A stretch of DNA of 64,000 nucleotides from the human T2T-CHM13v2.0 reference genome, Homo sapiens (GCF_009914755.1 NC_060935.1); one strand, 5' to 3'; positions 27,758 through 40,196 are shown, counted from the stretch's first letter. A program made the numbers and translations. The notes: generated by a model not told the origin, from the sequence alone.

Positions 27758-28066
27758 TTTTTATTTATTTATTTATTTATTTTTTGAGACAGAGTTTCAC
27801 TCTTGTTGCCCAGGCTGGAGTGCAATGGCATGATCCTGGGTCACTGTAAACTCCACCTGCCCATTCAAGCGATTCTCCTGCCCCAGCCTCCTGAGTAGCT
27901 GGATTTACAGGCATGTGCCACCACGCCCAGCTAATTTTTGTATTTTTAGTAGAGACAGGGTTTCACCATGTTGGCCAGGCTGGTCTCGAACTCCTGACCT
28001 AGGTGATCTGCCCGTCTCGGCCTCTCAAACTGCTGGGATTACAGGCATGAGCCACAGTGCCTGGCC
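27758..28066 (-). mobile_element. Full-length AluSq/Sp-like element with (TTTA)n tail and TSD
   Basis: ttcactcttgttgcccaggctgg...; TSD tgaaatcctac at 27746 and 28067. Confidence 0.95.
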
Positions 28067-28769
28067 TGAAATCCTACTTTTAATCAAAGGTGGATTTGGA
28101 ATGCCATCACTTTTAAGAAGTCTTCTGTTCTCTCTCCAGCTGGTAACAAGCATTCCCTCCTCAGAGTCTCCTCATTGCCGTGAGCATGTCCAGCTTTCCA
28201 GCTTGTAGTACATCTCCTTACGCCCCAGTCATATCTCCCTCCCCAACCTGCAGGGCCCCCGCCTGACACAGCCTCCAGGGCCATGCTCCACCTAGCATTG
28301 TGTCATGTGCTCTGCAGGTGCTCTGCAAGTGTTTGTTGGAATGTAAATGTGCCTAGATGTTTTTGAGTAGTTTCCTTTTTTTTTTTTTCGATTACACAGC
28401 AGATTTATTCAGGCTCACTATTTTTAGTGATGTTTTCATTATAATATTTAGCCTCGGTAATATTTGATCAATGTCAATAACATCTGTTTAACTAAAGGAA
28501 ATAAAACTTTGCTGGGTCAATGAGAGGTCTACCAAGTTTGAATCGTTTCTCCCCAGGCAAGGAGGATACTCTGCCTGGTTCCTTCCTGTTCACCTGTTCT
28601 TTCTCATGCCTTTCCATATCAGGCTATTGTCTGAACAACTTTGGACCCATAACTTCTTCTGGGCATGGCAGCATACCAGGATGGATCTAGTAACCTTCAT
28701 TTGACTTTTGAGGGAGGATAAGAAAGTAATTAGTTTTAGTTATTTGTTTCATTTTGCTGCACTTTGCTA

Positions 28770-29130
<361 letters not shown>

Positions 29131-29176
29131 AAACCATGATTTGTAGACCCTAGCAATGAAATGCCAGCTTGTGAGC

Positions 29177-29484
29177 TTTTTTTACTTTTATTTCTGTTTT
29201 TTGAGACGGAGTCTCGCTCTGTCGCCCAAGCTGGAGTGCAGTGGCGCGATCTCGGCTCGCTGAAAGCTCTGCCTCGCAGGTTCACGCCATTCTCCTGCCT
29301 CAGCCTCCCGAGTAGCTGGGACTACAGGCACCCGCCACGACGCCTGGCTAATTTTTTGTATATTTGAGTAGAGACGGGGTTTCACCGTGTTAGCAAGGAT
29401 GGTCTTGATCTTCTGACCTCGTGATCCGCCCGCCTCGGCCTCCCAAAGTGCTGGGATTACAGGCGTGAGCCACTGCGCCCGGCC
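29177..29484 (-). mobile_element. Full-length AluY
   Basis: Y-type text: ggttcacgccattctcc, gggactacagg, caccgtgttagc, gacctcgtgatccgcccgcc; many CpGs retained. Confidence 0.92.
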
Positions 29485-29499
29485 CTTCGCTTTTATTTC

Positions 29500-30090
29500 T
29501 AAGGCATGGAAGGATGGCAGATATTTGAGCGAAAACATCCCCAGTTTTAGTGTATTCGTTAAACACATACGAAATAAAGATACAAGTGTTTACAAGCGAG
29601 GAAGATGACAATTGGTTTATGCTATAAACATTCTCCCAGGACAAACTTGCTGGGTTTGTTTCCCCTGTCAGTAAGAAAACCAGCACTGGTGGACTCCCTC
29701 CACCGTCATGGCCTTCCTGAGAAGAGAGAGAGGATGGCCGTTTTCAGGGGATGGATGAGTCACGGCTGGGCGGTGAGAACTTCTCAGCGGGTCACAGTCA
29801 GGCTTCGGCAGCTCGGCAGGTGAGGGAGCACCCACTAAGAGAGTAATCGTGGTAAAGGAAGGAAATGCACTCAGACATCTTGGCGCCCTGGGAGAGGCAA
29901 TTCCCTTCCCACTTTACTCCCTAAAACAGCCCTCTGGGAACCACATTCGCGAGCTTGCCGTGGGATCACGCACGCCGTGACTACAAAATGTAAAGCAATA
30001 GAACACACAGAACACACTGGAGCATTAATCTGAGGTTCTTAAATGCCATTATGCATTATTTATACTTCCTGATACGATAATATATCGCAA
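29500..30090 (+). promoter_or_regulatory. Candidate enhancer or alternative promoter/first exon (non-repeat, CpG-retaining)
   Basis: About 20 CpGs in 600 bp of unique DNA; TATAAA 29623, TGAGTCA 29756, TTCCTGAGAA 29714, AACCACA 29939, donor CAG|GTGAGG at 29819/29820. Confidence 0.4.
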
Positions 30091-30589
30091 ATGAATTTAC
30101 ATGAGAGAGATAATATTTCTGCTTTTCCCCTGATGATGGATTCAGAATGGATAAATTCCTTTATTTTATTTCAACCTGTCTTCTAAAATAGGCCAGCATG
30201 TTATAGAAATAGGCTTTTCTCTTTGAGGTGAGTGAAGTGGCTCAACTCAAGGAAATTTTTCTTTGGATAAAAGAGTTTTTTTTTTTTCTTAAATTGGCTT
30301 TCTAACTGTGTTACATTATCTGCTGATCAGCTTTGGAAATGTTAGAAATTTTGTCATTTAAAGCTCTGAGGTGAGATGAATAGAGCCACAAAGCTATAGG
30401 TAAATGATGAGAAAAAGATGAATTGTGGTATGTTTCTAAAGACTTACTCTGTTCCCTTTAACAGCATTTGGGGAAAATAACATGGGAGAGACAGCACAGT
30501 TTGATAATTATTTGTCACAGGAGTGCCCATTAGCCTACACTAATTTGATTGCTGTGAAAAAAACAGATTAAAATACTCTGTAGAAGGCA

Positions 30590-30815
30590 GAGTCATAACA
30601 TTATTGAGTGTCCAGTAGGTTTCTTACTTATTTAATTCCCTGGATCCAGTCTCAGAAGTTGGCATTAATATCACCTTGTTTCACAGTGAAACAAACGGAA
30701 AAGCAGAGAGGTCAGGCAACTGACTTAAAAGCACAGAGCTCGTAAGAGAGGAGGGTGGGCTTTGAACACAGGCAGTCCAATGTCAGAGCTTGAACTCTTA
30801 ACTATAATTCTATAA
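30590..30815 (-). mobile_element. MIR SINE
   Basis: cattattgagtgtccagt...agagaggtcaggcaactgacttaaaagcacagagctcgtaag...gggctttgaacacaggcagtc. Confidence 0.7.
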
Positions 30816-31034
30816 TTACCGCCTCCCCATCCCAAAACAGCACTGGCCTAAGGCACACAGAATCCATAACTTCCCCTTTATGTTTACAGACAACTCTCAG
30901 TTACCTTAAATTGAAACATTACTTTTACAGCCATAGATAAATAGGAGTTGACTCTTTTCAACAGGAGGGCCAAAGGTACCTGGCATGGAAGATATCCTGT
31001 CCACAACCATAAATGTTTTGATGTTAGCAACATT

Positions 31035-31385
31035 GCAGATGATAGACAGGTGAAAGATAGATGAATGAATGGATGAATAAACACAACGATAGCTAGATGG
31101 ATAGCGAGATGGATGAACAGACAGAAAGACAGATGAACAGGAAGAAAGAAAGGAAGATAGAAAGATGGACAGAAAGATAAATGGATGAAAGAAAGATGAT
31201 AGAATAATAGATGAAAGAGAAAGAAGAAAGAAAAGAGAGAGAGAGAGAAAGAAAAAGAAAGAAAGAAAGGACATAGATGGACAGACAGAAGAAAGAAAGG
31301 AAGGAAGGAAGGGAAAGGAAGAAAGGAAGAAAGATGATAGATAGATAGATGGTTAGATCAATGGATAAACAGCTAAATAAATGGC
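31035..31385. repeat. Purine-rich compound tetranucleotide tract (GATA/TGGA/GAAA/GGAA)
   Basis: Directly visible low-complexity region. Confidence 0.95.
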
Positions 31386-32024
31386 AGTTCATAGATGTGG
31401 AAATACACTGGCTGTTAAAGTTCATGCTTTAAGCTTTGTATGTGTTAGGCTTTCATGTAAACAACATTTGCTGATGGGAACAGCAACGTAGGCACTCAGG
31501 AGATTTGTGGCTTGATACTACTGGTATTTTTACTGGAATGCATGTGTACCCGTAAGGCTGGTAATACAGGAGCTAACTTTTTTATTGTGCCACATTTTTT
31601 TCTGAATAATAACAGATGAGCAAAGTAAATCCTATTTTCCCATTAGATTCCAATATTTATTTAACTAAGTATTTATTGACTTGAGGAAATTCTCATCCTC
31701 CATGTAATAAAATCATGATGAAAAGTAATATCACACTTAAAATAAAAATAAAATAAAATCACACTTAAAATATTTTAAAAATAACTTGATTATAAGCAAT
31801 ACTGTAAAAATATTTGAAATATTAATAAAGTCTTAGGCTCAACCCAACAAATAACAGAAAATAAAGCCTCTACTTCCCAGGCCATACCGGGTTGGAGGCA
31901 AAAATTAAGTTGTACGTATAGTCTCAGAACAATTTCCCTGTCCCACCTGCTCTGGGGTAACAGGGTTCTGCACTGTTCCTGGTGTCCCTGAAGTCAACAT
32001 CATGTCTTCTTGATCTTAATCCTC

Positions 32025-32390
32025 TGTTTTGGTCTATTCTCACGCTGCTATAAGGACATAGCCAAGACTGGGTAATTTAGAAAGGAAAGAGGTTTAATTG
32101 GCTCACAGTTCCCCAGGGCTGGGGAGGCCTCAGGAAGCTTACTATCATGGTGGAAGGGAAGCAAACAGGTCCTTCTTCACATGGTGGCAGCAAGGAGAAG
32201 TGCAGGGGAACTCCCCTTTACAAAACCATCAGATCTTGTGAGACGTATTCACTATCATGAAAACAGCACAGGAAAGACCTGCCCCCATGATTAAATTACC
32301 CCCCACTGAGTCCCTCCCACAACACTTGGGGAATTATGGTAGCTACAATTGAAGATGAGATTTGAGTGGGGACATAGTGAAACCATATCA
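32025..32390 (-). mobile_element. THE1 (THE1C/D-like) solo LTR, ERVL-MaLR
   Basis: TG...CA termini, perfect 5-bp TSD TCCTC (32020-32024 and 32391-32395), consensus text gactgggtaattta...aaaccatcagatcttgtgaga...aaaccatatca. Confidence 0.93.
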
Positions 32391-33509
32391 TCCTCACATA
32401 TTCTGGTCCTGATGGCTGCTGTCTTCCAAGGCTCCAGCTTGCTGCAGTAACACCTCTGCTTGCAATGAATCTCTCTGGGCTTCAGGTTCCATGTCTGGAA
32501 ATGGGCATCAGAACAGTGATGGTGACTGCTGCTGAGACTTAAATAATCAGACACTCTGACATTGCTGTCCTGTTTTTTCCTGAGAAAAGGAGACAAAACT
32601 TAGAGCTTTAAAATATTGAGGAGGGAAATAGACTATTTGGATTGGCATTGCTATCTGTTCCAAGAATGTTGTTTTTGACAGAAACGTTGAAAACTTTTAA
32701 AACAATGTTAAAACAATGGGTATTTAGGTGGTTAGCAAGTTATTTTTAACTCTTTACAATATTCCAGAAATGGTTTTGTGCATCACTTGCTATATTAGGT
32801 TTGCCTTCTAGTAACACCTCTAGTCCACCGTAGAATTCGTGCACACTTGCAGAGATCACCAGAAGATAAACTGCTACCTGTGGTTGAATTACTGAAGAGC
32901 AAGGACTTCCCTTGTGGACACGGATGTCAGCTCACATTTTGTTGGTAGCTTTACTACCCATCCTGATGATCCATCCATCTTGCGAGGCCTACAGTTTCTC
33001 TGATTCCCTTGGTTCTCCCTGCTTTTGCAAAATGAGTAAAGGACTGTGCTTTGGACTTTAATTTTTCTCATCTGTAAGGCATCCATGGTCTAGTGTTAAG
33101 GAGTATGGACTTTGGGTTATCCTGCCTGCCCCCAGCCCTGGCTTTGACACATACCAGCTCAGTGATCTCAGACAAGGTGCTTCTCTAAGCTTCAGGTGTC
33201 CCCATGGAGAATCAAATGAGATAATGTAAAGCTTCTATCACTTAGGTATGTCTGAGGGAAAGGGATAGTAGTTTACTAGCTTAGTACCAACTCCAGCTGC
33301 TTGGTACTCTGCTTGGTTTACAATCCTTCAGTATTCCTTGAAGGGGTGTTTCTTGGGGTGCTCTTGTGAGCTGAGTATTGTTCTACGGGCTAAGGGTGCA
33401 GTGATGAACCAGACCCCTACAGTTCCTGCCCTGGGATTAGAGTCAGCTTAGACCTTTTGTGAACAGATCTCACTGTCAGACCTGCTTTTGAGCTCAAGAT
33501 TCTGTGATC

Positions 33510-33689
33510 TGGGTGTGACAGCTTCATGGGTACAGGGTTTTCTTTTGGAGTGATGCAAATGTCTTGGAACTTGATAGAGGTGGTGATGGCACTACTAAAT
33601 GGCACTGAATGCACTAAATGGCACTGAACTGTACACTTTAAAATGGCTAGTTTTATGTTATGTGAATTTCACTTCAATGAAAAAAAAAT
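33510..33689 (+). mobile_element. L1MB-type extreme 3' end with TSD
   Basis: gggtacagggttttcttttggagtgatg...ctgaactgtacactttaaaatgg...tgtgaatttcacttcaat plus A-tail; TSD gattct(g/a)tgatc at 33498 and 33690. Confidence 0.85.
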
Positions 33690-33980
33690 GATTCTATGAT
33701 CAACTCCCTGGCCTTCACTCCAAGCTGTGATTCATCCCGGGCCTGATTCATCCTGATCTTAGGTAATTTCTTCTCTGAAATTTTATTTCCCTTTATTTAG
33801 AAATGCCTTTGAAACTCATGGATCAAGGCCAGAAATTAGCCTATGTAATGTGTCATCAGCTATCTTGCAGAGTGTTTTGCACATGTAATGAGTTAATAAT
33901 AATTAACTATATCTCCCAGGAATGCCTGCTTTCTACTTCTGCTTCCATTATTTGAGCCAGGGTGATGATTCTTTTCCCAG

Positions 33981-34190
33981 ATACTCTTTGGAGGGCTCCC
34001 AGGGAAGGGAACAGAAGAGCTGAAAGTGCTGAAGGTGAACTTAGTTTCAGCTTGAGTTTCCTAGGGCTGCCCTGCCACAAAAAGTGTAGGTCTTTGCGTT
34101 AAAACTCTGCTAAAGGCAGAACAGAAAAATAGCAGGGGCTCTAACAGAAGGCCCCCCAACCTTGTGCCAATGTTCTCCTTTCTCTACACT
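33981..34190. repeat. Unique 210-bp donor segment duplicated at 37326-37535
   Basis: atactctttggagggctcccagggaagg...ttctctacact occurs at both places. Confidence 0.97.
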
Positions 34191-34887
34191 CCCCTGAGCT
34201 AGAACAGTTACAATCATTTCCCATAAAACTAAACAGCTGTGTGTCTGTCCTATTGACAAAGCGTGCTTGAGGGCCATTCAGGTGGCATGGCTGAAGCAGG
34301 TGTGAGAGAAAGCTTGATTGAGTTAGTTGTCTTAAAGGGACACAAGTCCACCATTCTAATGGGAAATCCATTTGATTCAGGCATTTGGCATGAGTCTGAA
34401 TGCCTGAAAAAGAATGCCTTGGAGAAAGTCTGAAACAGACATTTGTCTCCTCGTGGCTGGTATGGCTGTCTCAGATTCAGTCAATTCTGTGGGGCTTTTC
34501 TATTCCATTTTTTGCTCTGTGGTGAGAACGCATGGTGTGGGGTGGGGGGCAGAAACAGAGGGTGGGGGGGAATGAGTGACAGAAAGAGAATTAATGACTG
34601 AGGAAAAAAAGAGTTTATATTCGGCTGGATATGATTTATGCTAATAGAATCAAAACAGTACATAGGAGAATGTTGTCCATACTTAATGGTAGTAAATAAA
34701 TCAGTTAGAAATAAGGCATTTAAGTGCTTATGCAATGTAGACCAGAAAGACTGAAAAACTACTGGCTCAGGCGCTGACTCAAATATTTAACTTCTAGTTT
34801 TTTGTCTCAATAGCACCAGATAATTTATTATAGGAGGTTTGAGAAATTCCACTCTTTCCCCTTATTTTCTTCAAAAAGTATAATGAA

Positions 34888-35044
34888 CTTTGTGGAATAT
34901 CAGTTGGTTGTAGATATGTGGCTTTATTTCTGGGTTCTCTGTTCTGTTACATTTATCTGTGTGTCTATTTTTATACCAGTACCATGCTGTTTTGGTTACT
35001 ATAGCCTTGTAGTGTAGTTTGGAGTTAGGTAGTATGATGCCTAC
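34888..35044 (-). mobile_element. Isolated internal L1 ORF2 fragment
   Basis: Translates [49 protein letters not shown], matching L1 ORF2p downstream of the RT domain (KTAWYW motif). Confidence 0.9.
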
Positions 35045-35869
35045 AGAAAAAAAAATACACAAAATTCAAAACCCAGTACAAAATTTAATGTAAAAAAAAT
35101 GTAGTTCGATATTCACTTAAATCACCCAGATGCTGTTTTGCCTCCTAGTGCAGGATTTTTTAAACTTGGGTTAATGAGCATCCAGGGCAGTCACTTTCAT
35201 ATTCTTTAACTCCAATCAATGGTAATAAATATATTTTATATCATTATCTAGAATACACAAGCAAATCATACAGTTAAATATTCTTGTGATATATTCAGAT
35301 ATTAAAAATAATTTCTGAGACAAAATTTTCACAAAATATTACTAACCCATCTTATACGCATGCTGTAGTTTATATTGTTCAATTTGGTTCTTCTTTATTC
35401 TATCATTTTCTATCTTGTCCTCCAATTTCATGTCACAATGTACAGCATACAACACACTGCTATAGGGAACCCATGGACTAGCTTTGGGGTCCTTTTGAAC
35501 CCCTGAACCAATGTGCTAAATTTCTACTAGGTCATGTGCATTTTTCCAGGAAGAGCATTTGTGGTACTTGTCAAATATTTCAAAGGTAGCTTCAGTGACC
35601 CAGAAAAGCTGAAGAACTGCTACTATAGAGGGTCTTTTGATAAGTTACAGGTTATTTTGATAAGTTTGTAATGCACTTAAGTTCCAATTTAAGATGATAT
35701 TAATGCAAATAGTGACTTAAATTCTTTCCCCTTTTGGTGGGAGAGTTTCTTTTTTCCCCCAACATGACTTTTTAAGCAACACCATCACTCTATGTGAAAT
35801 GAGGTGTTGGGTTAGATTATTCTTAAGTCTCTCTTAATTCTAACTTTACCCAAATACTTTATTAGTATC

Positions 35870-36370
35870 AAAAAGTAATACATATTTATTGTAGAAAATT
35901 TACAAACACAGATAAACAAAATAGGAAAATAAAAATTGCCCATTAAACTACCACCTAAAAAAATAAGATTAACATTTTGGTGTCTATCCTTCACGTCTTT
36001 TGTTTATGTACAAACATATATACTTTATAAACTATATTTTTCATATTGTAGTATAAACTATTTTGTAACATTTTGCTCACTATAGCATCATTTCTCTGTG
36101 TCATCATATATTTTCTACTGTATTATTTTTAATGCCTGAAGATACCTATAAAATATTTAATTGTATAATTTAACCAATAGCTAACACTGAGCAGTAGTTT
36201 GCTTCAGTTTTTCTCTCATAAGCAACATTACAATGACCATCCTTTCAGCTTTTTACATTAATTTGATTTTCATAGTCTAAATTAATTCATATAAATGGAA
36301 TAGCTGGGCCTAAAGTTGTAAATGTTTTTGAGACTTTGATACCTGTTACAGTTTGCCCACCTAAAAGGTG
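35870..36370 (-). mobile_element. Old L1ME-type 3' fragment
   Basis: aaaagtaatacatatttattgtagaaaattt...aacattttggtgtctatccttc...aaatggaatagctggg. Confidence 0.6.
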
Positions 36371-37094
36371 TGCTTAGCGTAAGTTCTAGGTACCGCACTG
36401 GTCTTCCAGATGCAATGCTCCTGTGGCCGCATGAACTCTGAGTACTGTGTAGCATCCAGGTGCAACTTTAGGCAAGAGAGTCTTTTAAGTTTCCCTTCAT
36501 AGGGAAGTGTTCAATAACATGAGGATTTCATTTGGAACTGAATCTGTGTGGGTAGTAAGTTGTTTACCTGACAGTAATCGAATCCAATCCTTAGCTGAAT
36601 TGGATGTGCTGGTGATACCTACCTAAGGGAATTGCTGCAAGTCGAGTCAATAAAGCAATTTCAAATGGGAGAAAACTTGAACTTCCTTTTTAATAATAAA
36701 TAGACAAAGGACTTTTCTTTTGAAACATTGTTAATTACAATGGAGTTTGAAGAACCCTTGAGCTGTGAGAAGCAGATTTGGTATTTCTCAGAAATCATCT
36801 TTTATGAAATGTGACTTGAATTTCTATTTTCTGCCTAATCTGAACAGAAGCCTAGCAGCAGTCCCTCCCCACCCCCGCACCTCCACCCCTCTAGAGAAGT
36901 GGGTTTCACATGGGACTCAAGGTAAATGGGGAAACCATGAGTACATAAGCTGGGAAATGCCATAGTATGACACTAAAAGGAAATTTAGTTAGCATGATTT
37001 GGCTTGGCTTGATGATGGAAGTAGTTTCTTACCTCACAATAACTGAAGCAACATTTTACCTTTCTCCAAGTGTAAAAAAAATTTTGTGAAGTTT

Positions 37095-38041
37095 AGATTT
37101 TCTGTTGTTTATTAGTATTTTTATTTTTAAGTTCCAGGGTACATGTGCAGGATGTGCAGGTTTATTACATAGGTAAACGTGTGCCATGGTGGTTTGCTGC
37201 ACCTATCAACTCATCGCCTAGGTATTAAGCCCAGCATGCACTAGCTATTTGTCCTGATGCTCTCCCTCCCCTTACCACCCACCCCCCGACAGGGCCCGGT
37301 GTGTGTTGCTCCCCTCCCTGTGTCCATACTCTTTGGAGGGCTCCCAGGGAAGGCAACAGAAGAGCTGAAAGTGCTGAAGGTGAACTTAGCTTCAGTTGCA
37401 TTTCCTAGGGCTCCCCTGCCACAAAGAGTGTAGGTCTTTGCGTTAAAACTCTTCTAAAGGCAGAACAGAAAAATTGCAGAGGCTCTAACAGAAGGCTCCC
37501 CCCAACTTGTGCCTATGTCCTCTTTTCTCTACACTGCTCCCACTTGTTCAGCTCTCACTTATGAGTGAGAACATGCGGTGTTTGGTTTTCTGTTCCTGCA
37601 TTAGTTTGCTGAGGATAATGGCTTCCAGCTCCATTCATGTTCCTGCAAAGGACATGATCTCATTCCTTTTTTATGGCTGCATAGTATTCCATGGTGTATA
37701 TGTACCACATTTTCTTTATCCAGTTTATCACTGATGGGCATTTGGGTTGATTCCATGTCTTTGCTATTGTGAATAGTGCTGCAATGAACATACACGTGTA
37801 TGCATATTTGTCATGGAATGATTTATATTCCTTTGGGTATATAACCAGTAATGGGATTGCTGGGCCAAGTGATATTTCGGCTTCTAGATCTTTGAAGAAT
37901 CACCACACTGTCTTCCACAATGGATGAAGTAATTTACATTTCCACCAACAGTTTAAAAGCATTCCTATTTCTCTGCAAGCTTGCCAGCATCTGTTGTTTC
38001 TTGACTTTTTAGTAATCTCCATTCTGACTGGTATGAGGATG
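37095..38041 (-). mobile_element. 5'-truncated L1PA (PA8-PA10-like) 3' end with a foreign insert at 37326-37535
   Basis: ttttaagttccagggtacatgtgcaggatgtgcagg...ggtattaagcccagcatgc...tgagtgagaacatgcggtgtttgg; 23-bp flanking direct repeat gtaaa(a/g)aaaattttgtgaagttt at 37072-37094 and 38042-38064. Confidence 0.93.
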
Positions 38042-40196
38042 GTAAAGAAAATTTTGTGAAGTTTGGGGTTATAGAAAAAAATTTTCTAAACTTTTCCCAG
38101 TACGAATAATAATGCTAATGATCCAGATGCCTCTGGTCTGTCCCTGCTTATAACTTAAGTGAGGGTCACACTGACAGTAATGATATTACTTACTCTTGCC
38201 CATCCGCATACCACGATCTTAGCTGCAGAAAAATTCCCCTCAGTCCCTGGAAGTCCCTGGGGGCTTGTGAATGTCCCTATGTTACTGAGAGCCCCTTATC
38301 AAAAAAGACCTCTTTGGTTTTCCCATGTCCGCCTTCTCTTCTCAGGTCCCAGGCCTAAGCCATAGGTCTAGGCAGGGGTGGACTTGGGCCGTCTCTGCCA
38401 TGCTGTGTTCAGAATCACTGTTTGTCTCCAACTCTGGGTCAGGTTGGTGGCCCAGCTCTCTGTCACCTTAGGATAGATTCAGTTGCTGGAAGGACCCCAA
38501 GTATCTCATGTCCAAAGATATTTGACAGATCCCCCAACCCCAAGTCCACCAAATATGCTCATAGATGTTGGAATCCAGATTCAGGCTACCAGCCGAGTGA
38601 GTTAACTGAGGAAATAGGCACGTTTTTGGTGAGAGACTGAGGCCCAGAGAATTGAAATGACCCAACCAACTAGTAAGTGAAGATTGCTCTGATCCTAATG
38701 TTCCATGTTCTTTTTAAAATTCCTGTACTTAATTGGAGTCCGGTGTCAGCCAGTATAGTGCCAGGGCTGGTGTGTTTACCAACTTATAATAAAAGTCCCA
38801 CCCTCAGCATTTTAAAGCCTTACCTGAGGCATTAGCCACCCTCTTTAGAACCTGGTCCTCCCCTCGAGGAAGGATATTTTTCCAATGGAATCCTCTGGGT
38901 GCAATTGAATTTCATTGGGTAGTCCCTGAAATTCTAATTGCAGATAATGGCTACACCTCAGAAATTACTTATAGCCTTAAAAGTTTACTGGAGAATTCTC
39001 TCCTTATTCCCCGATACAGAACTAAAGAGAGGCCTGAGAGAGGCTGTTTTCACTGTGAAGACTTTAACCTCCTCGGCTTTTTGGGGGCCAAATTGATCCA
39101 GTCTCCAAGTCTTTTTAGACAATTGCTAATAGCTGCATGTTTTTGATGGAAAGTCAGAAGTCATTTTTTTTTCTTTTTCCCTTATCTACAATGTTGCTTG
39201 AAAGGCATTTGGGGCCCTCTCCGTGACTGCGATGATTAATTCAGAGTCTGAGGGAGCAAGAGAGCCACTCAAAGGGGAAGCATAGCATTTATAGAGAGGA
39301 TTGAAGCCCTTTAAAGGCAGGATATGGGAAGGTTTTGAGACAAAGTTATACCTTAAAGTGACCCCTGTGTCATTGGCCATCTTAGGGCGACCTGGCTGGA
39401 GAATGGCAGGCCCCTCACAACTTTGTCACAGGCTGCTGTTTGCTGAAGACATGATACAGCCCACAGGAACACGTTTAAAGATTGCTGGCGCATGAAGCAC
39501 ATTCTTTATGTTTTGAAATGTTTTACTATACTTCCTTGACTTGCCTTATTTCCATAAATTTTGCTTTCTCTGAGGAAAATTTGAACACCTTTCACTTTTC
39601 AAATTTCAGTTTTTATGAGGTTGACATTTTCCTTAGTGTATTGTTGGCTATAAATTATTAAGATATATTTAATAAGGCTCTGCCTCCTAGGCCCCAAACA
39701 CCCTATAAAATGGATGGAAAATAAATGATTTAAGAAGATTCTAGCTGATCTACAGAGCCCGTTACAAAAATAATGAAGCTCAGAGGAATGCAAAAGTAGA
39801 AAATGGTCAACGTTTTAAACTTGGTATTTGCACCCAAACCCTGAGTTATGCTTTACAGAAATTTTTAGTCGTAGAATTCTCTAGTAACCTAAAAGTCATA
39901 TCCAGGAAGATAAAAAGATTAAGATTGTATGGTAATATTTGCACAGAAACATATTCCTTCTTCCCTTAACATATTCCTGCTGTTCTCAACCCACTCCTTG
40001 CTATTTTAGCTACGTAGCCTTTCTGGTGTGGACCTACTCCAAGATGGCCCCTGTGATCCCCACCTCCTGGTCTTCATGCCCTTGTCTAATCTTCTTCCCT
40101 TGAAGTGAGACCTGTGATTTGTTTCTAATCAATGTAACGCAGCAAAGGTGATGAGATATCACTTCTGTGATTATATTACATAAGACTGTAATGTTT

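Noticed and set aside
33966-33981. Donor of the 210-bp capture begins right after an acceptor-like ttcttttcccAG, suggesting an RNA-spliced origin
   Set aside because: Splicing from the L1 ccat|GT would give ccatatact, but the junction reads ccatact. A 2-nt microhomology explains it better, and the geometry would require back-splicing.
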